IMG/VR virus record: IMGVR_UViG_3300024181_000008
Location: 1-43,425 of that record
From: a virus
Lineage: Duplodnaviria; Caudoviricetes
Length of the DNA stretch: 43,425 nt
Direction: 5' to 3' (one strand)
Part shown: positions 17,946-26,046 of the stretch, piece by piece
Numbering within the stretch: the stretch's first letter is position 1
Layout of the letters: each line of letters opens with the position of its first letter
Notes under the pieces: model-generated
Databases searched by the model: none
Seen by the model: only the letters and a program-made list of their open reading frames with translations
Told to the model about the DNA's origin: nothing
Made by a program: the position numbers and the translations under genes

Positions 17946-18208
17946 TGCGGCGTTGGCTCGGCGACGTCAAGGACAGCGACAAGGTTGCGCTGCTCGTTCT
18001 CTATTCGGGCCTGATTGTTGTACTTTTTGCGACGGCCGCGGGGCTCGCAGTAACTTTCCACGCCGGGGCGAATGAAGCACTTGTCGACCGTTCGCTGTCG
18101 ATCGTCAAGGATTTGTTCGGCGTCGGCGTCAGTCTGATCACCGGCGCTTGTTTAGTTTTGCGTTTCCAATCAAAGGGCGGTACACCGCCAGGGGCCCCGG
18201 ATGCTTAA
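17945..18208 (+). CDS. Putative holin (2 TM segments)
   Basis: Two hydrophobic segments; upstream of the endolysin. Confidence 0.6.
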   Translation: MRRWLGDVKDSDKVALLVLYSGLIVVLFATAAGLAVTFHAGANEALVDRSLSIVKDLFGVGVSLITGACLVLRFQSKGGTPPGAPDA

Positions 18209-18464
18209 GAGTGATCGGAAGATCATCATCGTGAGGAACTGGCAACTTTTCATCGGGATAGTCGTTTTGCTCGTTCAAATCACGTTCGGCGTCGGGATGC
18301 GTGCCGCGCAAAACGATGACAATTCCCGGGAAATCGCCGAAATGAAGCAAAGGCGCGTCGTCGAGATGGACGTTTACGAAAACGAACAAGCCGCTTTGCG
18401 GGAACAACTGAATCGCGTCGAAGAAAAAGTCGACAAACTGATCGAGGCGAAGCTCAAGAAATGA
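18201..18464 (+). CDS. Single-TM coiled-coil lysis-module protein
   Basis: N-terminal TM segment then LREQLNRVEEKVDKLIE coil; coupled to the endolysin. Confidence 0.6.
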   Translation: MLKSDRKIIIVRNWQLFIGIVVLLVQITFGVGMRAAQNDDNSREIAEMKQRRVVEMDVYENEQAALREQLNRVEEKVDKLIEAKLKK

Positions 18465-18973
18465 ACGGACATTCAGAAGCGAGACTTACCACGGTCTACC
18501 CGGAACTCGCGCGACGAATGCGCACTGCCGACGACATGATGACGAGTCTCGGCTTCCGGCTCGAGATCTCTTCCGGGCTTCGCACCTTTGCTGAGCAGCG
18601 CATGCTCTATTTGAAGGGTCGCGACCTTCTCGGGAACATCGTCGACCCGACGAAGGTCGTAACGCACGCAAAGGCCGGCGAGAGTTATCACAATTTCGGT
18701 CTTGCGGTCGATTACTTTTTCGAGAACATCGACGGCATGGCAATTTGGGCGCCTGAGTTCCCGGGTTACGGGAAAATGACCGAAGTCGCAGAAAGCCTGG
18801 GTTTAACATGCGGCGTCAGGTGGCCCGAGCCCAAAACAGACCCCGATCACATTCAGCTTTCGAACGGTTTTTCTGCGAACGAACCCGATGCTAACATCAA
18901 GTACATTCTGAAAGAGGGCGGCCTTTTGGCCGTTTTCGCGGAGATGAACAAGGCACTCGGGATTGAGGGATAG
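18461..18973 (+). CDS. Endolysin, M15 family (L-Ala-D-Glu-type) peptidase
   Basis: [12 protein letters not shown], [10 protein letters not shown] (SxHxxGxAxD) and DPDHIQ zinc-peptidase motifs. Confidence 0.9.
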   Translation: MNGHSEARLTTVYPELARRMRTADDMMTSLGFRLEISSGLRTFAEQRMLYLKGRDLLGNIVDPTKVVTHAKAGESYHNFGLAVDYFFENIDGMAIWAPEFPGYGKMTEVAESLGLTCGVRWPEPKTDPDHIQLSNGFSANEPDANIKYILKEGGLLAVFAEMNKALGIEG

Positions 18974-18978
18974 GGCAA

Positions 18979-19191
18979 ATGGAACGAAACGAAACGGGAG
19001 TCGTCAAGTGGTTCAATTCGGCGAAAGGCTACGGATTCATCGGGCGGGATGGCGCCGACGACGTCTTCGTTCACTTCTCGGCGATTGAGGCCGAGGGTTA
19101 CAAGAGTCTCAACGAAGGGGACAAGGTTCAGTTCGATATCGTCAAGGGCCCGAAGGGTTTACAGGCTTCAAACGTCATAGTCGTTAATTAG
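18979..19191 (+). CDS. cspA: Cold-shock protein (CspA family)
   Basis: GVVKWFN, RNP1 KGYGFI, RNP2 [30 protein letters not shown]. Confidence 0.95.
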   Translation: MERNETGVVKWFNSAKGYGFIGRDGADDVFVHFSAIEAEGYKSLNEGDKVQFDIVKGPKGLQASNVIVVN

Positions 19192-19199
19192 GGGGAAAG

Positions 19200-19589
19200 A
19201 TGAACGGAAAACTTCTCGCCGCGGTTCTCGCGCTCTCGCTGTGCATGCCGGGATGCGCCATTCTGAACAAGCCCATCAATCACCCGGGCGCTGTCGACAA
19301 GATCGACGATATCGCCTATGGCGCTTTGCTCATTTATCACGATTCGATTGAGACTACAAAAAAGGACCTTGCCGACGGCACTTTTCCCGCCGCGGACAAG
19401 CCTGTTCTGAACAAGTTCATCGACGCCTACAATGCCCTCGACGCCGCGACCACGGCCTACCACAAAGCGGCCCTCGACCATACGGGCACGTCCGATCTTC
19501 TCAGTAAAATCTCTGACGCCGAGGCAGCCGCGGCCGCCGCGTTTGCCGAACTCGTCAAGATCTATCCGAAAGCAGGTGTCAAAAAATGA
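19200..19589 (+). CDS. Lipoprotein (possible spanin-like component)
   Basis: Signal peptide with lipobox-like MPGC; helical mature part; in the lysis cassette. Confidence 0.7.
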   Translation: MNGKLLAAVLALSLCMPGCAILNKPINHPGAVDKIDDIAYGALLIYHDSIETTKKDLADGTFPAADKPVLNKFIDAYNALDAATTAYHKAALDHTGTSDLLSKISDAEAAAAAAFAELVKIYPKAGVKK

Positions 19590-19825
19590 GCACGCCAGCA
19601 ACCCCGCCGGTTCCGCCGGCGGGTCCTTCTGCAATTGATCGGATTCTCGCGATTCTCGACCTGGGACTCAAAAGCGCGGGCGCCCTTACCGGGGGTCCGC
19701 TCGGTGCCGGCTTGTCGCTCGCCGATGCCTTGCTCTTGATCGGCGTCCATGCGAAGGCCGTATACGAAGCCGAAACGGGTCAGCCTTACGACCTTTCAAA
19801 AGTTCCGCCCGAAGACCACGTCTAG
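19586..19825 (+). CDS. Small Gly/Leu-rich hydrophobic protein (79 aa)
   Basis: ATGA-coupled to the lipoprotein gene. Confidence 0.7.
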   Translation: MSTPATPPVPPAGPSAIDRILAILDLGLKSAGALTGGPLGAGLSLADALLLIGVHAKAVYEAETGQPYDLSKVPPEDHV

Positions 19826-19893
19826 TCTGTCCGTTATCGAACAGACGGAAAGCGTCGCACTCGGATAGGGTGCGATCGTAGGAGAAACTCGAA

Positions 19894-20493
19894 ATGACGA
19901 ATGACCTCATCTACATTGCCCGCGCAAACGCCGCGCTCAGGTCCCACGGCGTTTCTCCTGAGATCGCTCACAAGCTCGTCAAAAGACACGGGCATAACCG
20001 GATAAACGAGATTCTCAAGCACGAATTGCACCTTCTCGAGAAGCTCGTCCGCGAAGAGATGGAAAAGATCGACGAACTTGAAGAAAAGATCGAGGAACTC
20101 GAAGAGATTATCGTCGGGCAAAAACCCGTCGCGGTTTCTTCGGTTCTCAAATTCAAAACCTCACAAGGAGTCACTACCATGCCGTTAACAGTTCACCTCA
20201 ATGACACCCCGGGCGACGCCATTTATCAGGAATTCGCGGCGCCGAACGGGCAAGGTCAAGTTGTACCCCCGACAGGCATCGTGCTTTTCAAGTCGAGCGA
20301 TGAAACGGTTGCGACCGTTGACCCGTCGACCGGAAAGCTTGCCTACATCAAGGCCGGACAGACCACGATCAGCGCGGACGACGGCGGGAACCTGCCCGCA
20401 TCCGATGTTCTGACCGTGACCGACCCCGTCGCCGTATCTTCGACGTTGACGCTGAACCCGGGCGTCGCGCCGGCCGCGGCCGCACGTCGGTAA
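19894..20493 (+). CDS. Coiled-coil plus Ig-like (Big_2-type) protein; second in-frame start at 20179
   Basis: FKSSDETVATVDPSTGKL...GQTTISA Ig motif; acidic heptad coil; AGGAG SD at both starts. Confidence 0.8.
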   Translation: MTNDLIYIARANAALRSHGVSPEIAHKLVKRHGHNRINEILKHELHLLEKLVREEMEKIDELEEKIEELEEIIVGQKPVAVSSVLKFKTSQGVTTMPLTVHLNDTPGDAIYQEFAAPNGQGQVVPPTGIVLFKSSDETVATVDPSTGKLAYIKAGQTTISADDGGNLPASDVLTVTDPVAVSSTLTLNPGVAPAAAARR

Positions 20494-20519
20494 GTCGACC
20501 TCAACCCCCAAGCAAGACC

Positions 20520-20559
20520 GCCCCCTCGGGTTTCGACTCGAGGGGGCTTTTTTATTTTC
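20520..20559 (+). terminator. Intrinsic terminator ending the late unit
   Basis: 12-bp stem GCCCCCTCGGGT-TTCG-ACTCGAGGGGGC followed by TTTTTTATTTT. Confidence 0.9.
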
Positions 20560-20588
20560 TTGACATTGGTAAACCATTGGTTTACACT
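20560..20588 (+). promoter_or_regulatory. Sigma70-type early promoter with overlapping palindromic operator
   Basis: TTGACA-17 nt-TACACT; perfect inverted repeat GTAAACCA-T-TGGTTTAC at 20569-20585. Confidence 0.85.
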
Positions 20589-20594
20589 CTTCCT

Positions 20595-20852
20595 ATGGCG
20601 CATCAAACCCCTCAGAACACGGACGGAAAGGCTACCCCGACTCGTTCCACAAAAACCCTTTCCGTCCGCCTTCCTTTGGCGCAAGCCCTCGAAATCGAGA
20701 AGCAGGCCCGGGAAAAGGGCTATACGAACACCAATCAGTATCTTGTAGCAATGATTGGGTTTATTGCGCCGTTGACGCCGCCGGCGCCCGTAGAGCAGGA
20801 GAGCAGCAAATGCCTCGAACCGAACGCGACATTGCAACCCTCTACCTCTTGA
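20595..20852 (+). CDS. Ribbon-helix-helix (Arc/CopG-like) regulator, probably leaderless
   Basis: TKTLSVRLP strand, then LEIEKQAREKG helix-turn and TNTNQYLVAMI helix; ATG begins 7 nt after the -10 box. Confidence 0.7.
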   Translation: MAHQTPQNTDGKATPTRSTKTLSVRLPLAQALEIEKQAREKGYTNTNQYLVAMIGFIAPLTPPAPVEQESSKCLEPNATLQPSTS

Positions 20853-20920
20853 AAGTCGTCACGGTTTCCGTTGTTTTGGCAGGTGGTGTGCTGTACTTTC
20901 TGGACTGGCTTCAACACTAG
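20810..20920 (+). CDS. 36-aa single-TM peptide (MPRTERDIATLYLLKVVTVSVVLAGGVLYFLDWLQH), absent from the ORF track
   Basis: Preceded by the early leader motif TAGAGCAGGAG at 20791; hydrophobic core; stop abuts the next leader motif. Confidence 0.6.
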   Translation: MPRTERDIATLYLLKVVTVSVVLAGGVLYFLDWLQH

Positions 20921-20937
20921 AGCAGGAGCATATCTTC

Positions 20938-21576
20938 ATGAAATTCGAAATCAAAAATCAGTGGGATGGCTCGTTAATTTTCAGCGTAGAAGCCGAAAAT
21001 TGGCGTGTTGCAGTTGAAGCCGCTATTGGCGCAAAGGCGAACCTCCGCTCGGCGAACCTCAGCTCGGCGGACCTCCGCTCGGCGAACCTCCGCTCGGCGG
21101 ACCTCCGCTTGGCGAACCTCAGCTCGGCGGACCTCCGCTTGGCGGACCTCCGCTCGGCGAACCTCCGCTCGGCGAACCTCAGCTCGGCGGACCTCCGCTT
21201 GGCGGACCTCCGCTCGGCGAACCTCCGCTCGGCGAACCTCAGCTCGGCGGACCTCCGCTCGGCGAACCTCCGCTCGGCGAACCTCAGCTCGGCGGACCTC
21301 AGCTCGGCGAACCTCAGCTCGGCGAACCTCCGCTCGGCGAAAGGACTTGAGCGGTTTCCAATTTCGATCATGGGACATAAGCATCCCCTTTGGACCACGC
21401 AAAGTGGTAAACTTTGCATTGGTTGCCACGTTCACACTTTTTCAGAGTGGGAACGTCACGTGGAAAAGATCGGAGAAGCGGAAGACTACTCCGCAATAGA
21501 CGTGGAGATTTACAAGCTTCACATCGCCCACCTGAAAAAGGTCTCGGAATTGCTGTGGAACAAGAAAGAGAAGTAA
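20938..21576 (+). CDS. Pentapeptide-repeat protein
   Basis: 20 A(N/D)L(R/S)(S/L) repeats; C-terminal IGCHVHTFSEW domain common in phage pentapeptide proteins. Confidence 0.92.
   Translation: MKFEIKNQWDGSLIFSVEAENWRVAVEAAIGAKANLRSANLSSADLRSANLRSADLRLANLSSADLRLADLRSANLRSANLSSADLRLADLRSANLRSANLSSADLRSANLRSANLSSADLSSANLSSANLRSAKGLERFPISIMGHKHPLWTTQSGKLCIGCHVHTFSEWERHVEKIGEAEDYSAIDVEIYKLHIAHLKKVSELLWNKKEK
21037..21336 (+). repeat. 20 x 15-bp tandem repeat gcg(a/g)acctc(c/a)gct(c/t)g with 60-bp higher-order period
   Basis: Directly visible; only three positions vary. Confidence 0.95.
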
Positions 21577-21600
21577 ATTTCGTAGAGCAGGAGCATCCCT

Positions 21601-22713
21601 ATGATCATCGGCGTTACTCACGACAAAGAAGGTCAAACCCTTATCCGTCGCAGTGTTACGGTGAAAGTGGCGATCGGCCGCGGCCCTAGCGAGAGTCGCA
21701 ATCACCCCGAAAAACTTGATCACTTCATTTTCCTGCGCAAGGAAAGTGAGGCGGGTGAGGTCGACTGGGTCGACGATGAGAAAATGACTGCCCATTACCG
21801 GCAACTTGCAGGAGATACCGAGCCTACCGAGGTCGTGATCATCTTGCTCGATGATGACATTGACCACGTCTTTCGCACTGAATTTGCATGGTGGACGAAG
21901 ACGAAAAAACGTTGCTCAGGTGATGGCGAGAAGGCGATTCGCGAGGGGAAACCTTGGGCGAATTGCGCGAATTCAGGCAAATGCGAAGAACACGAAAACG
22001 GCGAGTGTAAGCCCTCTGCCGATCTGTACTTCATGCTCGCGGACTTTCCGAGCCTGGGCACGGCTTGCCGGCTTCACACCTCGAGTTATCAATCGATTAG
22101 AGAGATCTATTCAGCGCTCACTGATCTAAAGAACATGATGGGCGGCCGGCTCCTCGGTCTTCCCGTGAAGCTCTTTGTCCGCCCTGAAAAGAACGTCTAC
22201 ACGGGTAAAGACGGCAAGGATAAGACGGGTACGAAGTATGTTCTCGGGCTCGAGATTCGCGCCGATTCCCTGACGAAGATGCTCGAAAACGTGACCGAGA
22301 GCGCGAAAGTCTTTGCCGAACTGCGCAAGGCTATGAAAGGCAAGCAAATCGAGATCGTCGAGGACGACGACGCTCGGGCGCCTGAGATTGCAAGCGAGTT
22401 TGTTTCGGTGGGCTCGATCGCGCCAGCGCAATTACCCCCGCCTTCGGACCCGAAGGTCGACGAAGAGATCGCCAAGTTTCACGCCCTTTGCGACGAGATG
22501 GGGCTCAACCGAGCGAACCGTCACTTCCTGCTTTCCCGTCACAGTGGCGAGATCTCCGCGGCAATGGCCGAACTCGAGGGCCTAAAAACGGGGCAACGCC
22601 TAGGAGACGTGGCGCCGCCGCAAGAACCGGAGAAAACGGGGAAAAAGGGCAAAACGGACAAAAAGGTTTCCCACGATTCGCCCGCTCAGAGCGAGAAAAG
22701 GTTCGGGTTCTGA
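21601..22713 (+). CDS. Gp3-like (recombination directionality factor-like) recombination protein
   Basis: PEKLDHF, RCSGDGE, C...CKPSADLYFML, TSSYQS, L.GLPVKL motifs; precedes a PD-(D/E)XK exonuclease. Confidence 0.65.
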   Translation: MIIGVTHDKEGQTLIRRSVTVKVAIGRGPSESRNHPEKLDHFIFLRKESEAGEVDWVDDEKMTAHYRQLAGDTEPTEVVIILLDDDIDHVFRTEFAWWTKTKKRCSGDGEKAIREGKPWANCANSGKCEEHENGECKPSADLYFMLADFPSLGTACRLHTSSYQSIREIYSALTDLKNMMGGRLLGLPVKLFVRPEKNVYTGKDGKDKTGTKYVLGLEIRADSLTKMLENVTESAKVFAELRKAMKGKQIEIVEDDDARAPEIASEFVSVGSIAPAQLPPPSDPKVDEEIAKFHALCDEMGLNRANRHFLLSRHSGEISAAMAELEGLKTGQRLGDVAPPQEPEKTGKKGKTDKKVSHDSPAQSEKRFGF

Positions 22714-22714
22714 C

Positions 22715-22915
22715 ATGCCCGACATTTCGAAGACGTGTGTGCGCTGCAAAAACCCTTTTGTATGGACAGAGAAAGAGCAACTATCGTATAGAGTGAGCGG
22801 CTTCAAGGCCCCGAAACGGTGCCAGGATTGCCGGCGTTTCATGCGAGTGCAACGGCAACGGCCGATCAAACGAGCAGGGGGAACGAATGTCACGCGAACG
22901 ACCGAAGGAAATTAA
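22715..22915 (+). CDS. Zinc-ribbon protein (zf-trcl-like)
   Basis: CVRCKNPFVWTEKEQ..Y...GF..PKRCQDCR signature. Confidence 0.85.
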   Translation: MPDISKTCVRCKNPFVWTEKEQLSYRVSGFKAPKRCQDCRRFMRVQRQRPIKRAGGTNVTRTTEGN

Positions 22916-23339
22916 GAAGGCGGACGTCGTCGGCGGGAGCGGCTTCTTCAAAAGCCTGCTCGCGCGGCTTGGTCAAGGCCTCGGGGCCGGAAAGGCCGCG
23001 GCGTATCATCCCCGGGTTGCCGCGCTTACCCCGACGGAGCACCCGAGGAAGTTCTTCGACGAGAAGCGCGCCGGCAAACACGGCGGCTTCAAAGACTGGG
23101 AACTCAACAAAATTTGGGGGCCTTCGAAGAACAAAGAGGGCGGCATCTTCGTTGCCCAGTCGACCGATTCACGCCAGCAACGGCGCGCGCGGGAACTTGC
23201 CGAAGCCTACAAATACATGGCCGAGCACTACGGCGGCGAACCGCGGCGCATCCGTCGGGAGATGGCTCGGGCCCGCACGCGCTTGTTTCGGAAGACGGAA
23301 CGGGAGCTTATGGGCAAATTGAGTGAGGGCAGGTCATGA
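22887..23339 (+). CDS. Basic Arg-rich hypothetical protein (150 aa)
   Basis: GGGGGA SD; ATGA-coupled to the next gene. Confidence 0.7.
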   Translation: MSRERPKEIKKADVVGGSGFFKSLLARLGQGLGAGKAAAYHPRVAALTPTEHPRKFFDEKRAGKHGGFKDWELNKIWGPSKNKEGGIFVAQSTDSRQQRRARELAEAYKYMAEHYGGEPRRIRREMARARTRLFRKTERELMGKLSEGRS

Positions 23340-23521
23340 AAACGATGCGACTTCAAATCGACCTTGAGCACACGAAGAAAATTCTCCGCGGCGAGCCCGT
23401 CACGATCAAGGTCCCCGAGGGCGCGACACGTTTAGAGCTTCGTTTCGCGACACCCAGGCAGGACTCAGGCGATTCTATCGCGAAGATTCTCGACGTATTT
23501 TTCAATGGTCGGCCGGCCTGA
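23336..23521 (+). CDS. Hypothetical protein (61 aa)
   Basis: ATGA coupling; protein-like. Confidence 0.65.
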   Translation: MKTMRLQIDLEHTKKILRGEPVTIKVPEGATRLELRFATPRQDSGDSIAKILDVFFNGRPA

Positions 23522-23525
23522 ATTC

Positions 23526-23534
23526 TGATATAGT
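23526..23534 (+). promoter_or_regulatory. Possible extended -10 promoter
   Basis: TGaTATAGT in an intergenic gap 40 nt before the nuclease start; no convincing -35. Confidence 0.45.
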
Positions 23535-23573
23535 GTCGGTGCGGTAAACATTCTCAAGAGAGCAGGTGCATCC

Positions 23574-24731
23574 ATGTCGATCGTTCCACTTTCGCAGTCG
23601 AAACAAGCCCTTTTAGCCTGTCCCCATTCCTACGTTGAGCAAATCATTCGGGGGAACAAAAGCCCCTCAAGTGAAGCTTCCCGCCGCGGTACCGCCGTTC
23701 ACCTCTTCCTTTCCGAATACACCCGACACCTGATCAACGAACGGCTCGAGCAAGATCTCGATTGGTTCGACGAGCACCTCGACGGACTCCTGCCCGACGC
23801 CCGGGAACTACTCGGCGGGCTCCGCAAGGACTTCAAGATCGACCCCGAAGCCGTGCTCGGGACCGAGTACTACATCACCCTCGACGATCAGTTTCAGCCG
23901 TGCCCCGCCGACCGCGCCGCCTACGAAATGACCCTCGATCGCGTGACAATCCCGTCCGACAGAGAAGCCGAAATCGACGACTACAAATCAAACTTCATGG
24001 CCTTCGAGGCCGACACGTTCCAGGCGAAACTCTATTCGCTCGGGCTCTTGATGATGATGCCGTCGCTCGAGAAGGTCACGTTTCGGCTGCAATTCGTGCG
24101 CTGGAACCGCGACAAGATCGCGAAGTTCACCCGGGACGACATTCCCGCGCTACAGGCCGAAGCCCGCCAGTGGCGCTTAGTTCAAATCAACTTGCACCGG
24201 AATCATGCTTTTGAAGAAAGGCATCCTAAGTCCGCGCTCATCAATGTGTTGCCCTCGGAAATGACGATTAAGTATCCCGTTCTCTCCGGTTCGCATTGCG
24301 TCTACTGCCCCTTGCTCGCGGCCGGCTGTCCGATCGAGAAGAACCCCTACAAAGACCCGACGGGGCAACTCTTCAACGTTCTCTACTTCAAAGCGGCGCT
24401 CAAACGGGCCGAGGAAGCCGTCAGAGCAAATGCCGACAAGCTCGGCCCGCTCACCGTTCGGGACGGCATCGGGACCGAATACACGGGCGCCTGGACGATC
24501 GTCGAGAAGCGGTCTTACGATATCAACTGCCTGCCCGTCGTGCTCGCCTGGGACAAGAAAAAGAAAGACGACCTTCTGCATAAGCTTACGGTGAGCGGGC
24601 TTTCCTCGCCGCTCAAAGCGAAAAAGCGCGCCGAACTCGCCGAAGAGCTTGCGAACTTCGTCGAAGTGAAGGCAGAATCGCAGTTCAAGGTTCGGAAGGT
24701 CAAAGAGGAGGAGGAAGACCGCGATGAGTAA
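23574..24731 (+). CDS. PD-(D/E)XK exonuclease, Cas4/AddB-like with 4-Cys cluster
   Basis: LSQS...CP, RGTAVH, TLDRV, IDDYKS, QAKLY, HCVYCPLLAAGCP. Confidence 0.88.
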   Translation: MSIVPLSQSKQALLACPHSYVEQIIRGNKSPSSEASRRGTAVHLFLSEYTRHLINERLEQDLDWFDEHLDGLLPDARELLGGLRKDFKIDPEAVLGTEYYITLDDQFQPCPADRAAYEMTLDRVTIPSDREAEIDDYKSNFMAFEADTFQAKLYSLGLLMMMPSLEKVTFRLQFVRWNRDKIAKFTRDDIPALQAEARQWRLVQINLHRNHAFEERHPKSALINVLPSEMTIKYPVLSGSHCVYCPLLAAGCPIEKNPYKDPTGQLFNVLYFKAALKRAEEAVRANADKLGPLTVRDGIGTEYTGAWTIVEKRSYDINCLPVVLAWDKKKKDDLLHKLTVSGLSSPLKAKKRAELAEELANFVEVKAESQFKVRKVKEEEEDRDE

Positions 24732-24942
24732 TCTGCCCCCTATTGTTTACCTCTGCGCGCTCAAGCCCGAGAATCCGCCGGAAGGCGCCGCGTTCGGTCC
24801 CTGCTCGGGTTGCGGTCGCGAGGTTATGTTCGAACCTGCGATGCTCGAGTTTGTCCGGTCGTTCGAAGGTTCTGGCGTCCCGTTGATCTGCAACGAGTGC
24901 GCTGAACGCGAACTCGGGCACACGCCGCAAACGGTGAATTGA
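24724..24942 (+). CDS. Small Zn-finger protein (72 aa)
   Basis: CSGC...ICNEC; GGAGG SD. Confidence 0.7.
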   Translation: MSNLPPIVYLCALKPENPPEGAAFGPCSGCGREVMFEPAMLEFVRSFEGSGVPLICNECAERELGHTPQTVN

Positions 24943-24952
24943 AAGGCGAGGA

Positions 24953-25444
24953 ATGAATTGTGTCGACTGTGAAAAACAAGGCGATGTAAAGACCGCTTTA
25001 CGTTTGATCAGTCCGAAGATCGGCGTTTGCGATGCCCATTACCGCGAACGGTTTAATCAACCGCCGATCGTGTCGACAAGGGAAAGGAAAGAGCCGAAAT
25101 CGATGCTTAGCGAGCAAAAAATTGTCGAACTCAGGGAAGATCGCGCTACATTGCCTCTTCGCGAAGTTGCAGTTGCAGAAAAGCACGGAGTTAGTATAAA
25201 CACCGTCCAAAAGTACACTATGGGTGTAGATGGTCCAAAAGGTGCATATAGGAGAAAGAATCGGGAACAACTTGCCGCGCCTGATCGCGAACGCGAGGTT
25301 AGATTTGTAAGCAAGAAAGGGAACTGGGTCACGATCGAAAACGCTTTGGAGGCGCTGTACGCTGAAAAGAAACAATTCGACATTCGAGCTAAGAAGTTGG
25401 ACGCGGCAATCAAGACGTTAGAAGACCTAGTCAAAAATAATTGA
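24953..25444 (+). CDS. Zn-finger + HTH + coiled-coil putative regulator (163 aa)
   Basis: CVDC...CDAHY; VAEKHGVSINTVQKY HTH-like segment; C-terminal coil. Confidence 0.65.
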   Translation: MNCVDCEKQGDVKTALRLISPKIGVCDAHYRERFNQPPIVSTRERKEPKSMLSEQKIVELREDRATLPLREVAVAEKHGVSINTVQKYTMGVDGPKGAYRRKNREQLAAPDREREVRFVSKKGNWVTIENALEALYAEKKQFDIRAKKLDAAIKTLEDLVKNN

Positions 25445-25456
25445 CTGTGAGGGGCT

Positions 25457-25843
25457 ATGAACCGAACCGAGATCAAATCGAAGGCGATCAAAAGCATGGG
25501 GTACGACCCCGTCGCCTACATTCTGGAACTCGAGATGCACTCGGGGGACGTCTACCAGTACAAACAGGTCCCGCCCGAGATCTACGCCGACTTCGAGAAA
25601 AGCGACTCGAAGGGTAAGCTCTTCCCCTTGATCAAGCGGTCCTTCCCGTGCGAGTGTGTGCATCGGGTACCGCGGGAGCCCGGAGACGAGCCGAAGTATT
25701 CCGCCGAACTCGTCGACAGTGAGTCTATGACGTGGGTCATCCATTCGAGCGACCCCGGCGACAAGACCGAACGGAAAATTTCGGGCATGTTTGATTCAGG
25801 GGAGCAGGCGATCGAGGCCGCGATCGAACGGGGGATTCTATGA
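25457..25843 (+). CDS. KTSC-domain protein with C-terminal extension
   Basis: SKAIKSMGYD....LELEMHSGDVYQYKQVPPEIYADF..SDSKGK.F..IK. Confidence 0.88.
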   Translation: MNRTEIKSKAIKSMGYDPVAYILELEMHSGDVYQYKQVPPEIYADFEKSDSKGKLFPLIKRSFPCECVHRVPREPGDEPKYSAELVDSESMTWVIHSSDPGDKTERKISGMFDSGEQAIEAAIERGIL

Positions 25844-26046
25844 GCAAATCATGGCCGTACAAGACCGACGGGGACCTTCGCGCCGCGGGTTACAAATACG
25901 AATCGACCCGGAGATGCTACGGTAAGTCGTGCGGCGCTCAAATTGAGATCTGGCGCACCCCGGGCGGCAAGACGATTCCGCTTGAAGTTGGCACGATGGA
26001 ACCGCATCATGCAAATTGCCCCGACATGGAGGACTTCCGCAAATGA
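25840..26046 (+). CDS. Small Cys/His phage protein (68 aa)
   Basis: C...SCGAQIEIWRTPGGKTIPL...HHANCP pattern common in phages. Confidence 0.75.
   Translation: MSKSWPYKTDGDLRAAGYKYESTRRCYGKSCGAQIEIWRTPGGKTIPLEVGTMEPHHANCPDMEDFRK

Noticed and set aside
21037-21336. CRISPR array
   Set aside because: Contiguous 15-bp coding repeats with no spacers
20958-21499. Repetitive alternative-frame ORFs (RRAEV, SARRT, AERRF)
   Set aside because: By-products of the stop-free 15-bp repeat
23574-24731. cas4 of a CRISPR-Cas system
   Set aside because: No array or other cas genes; context is a phage recombination module
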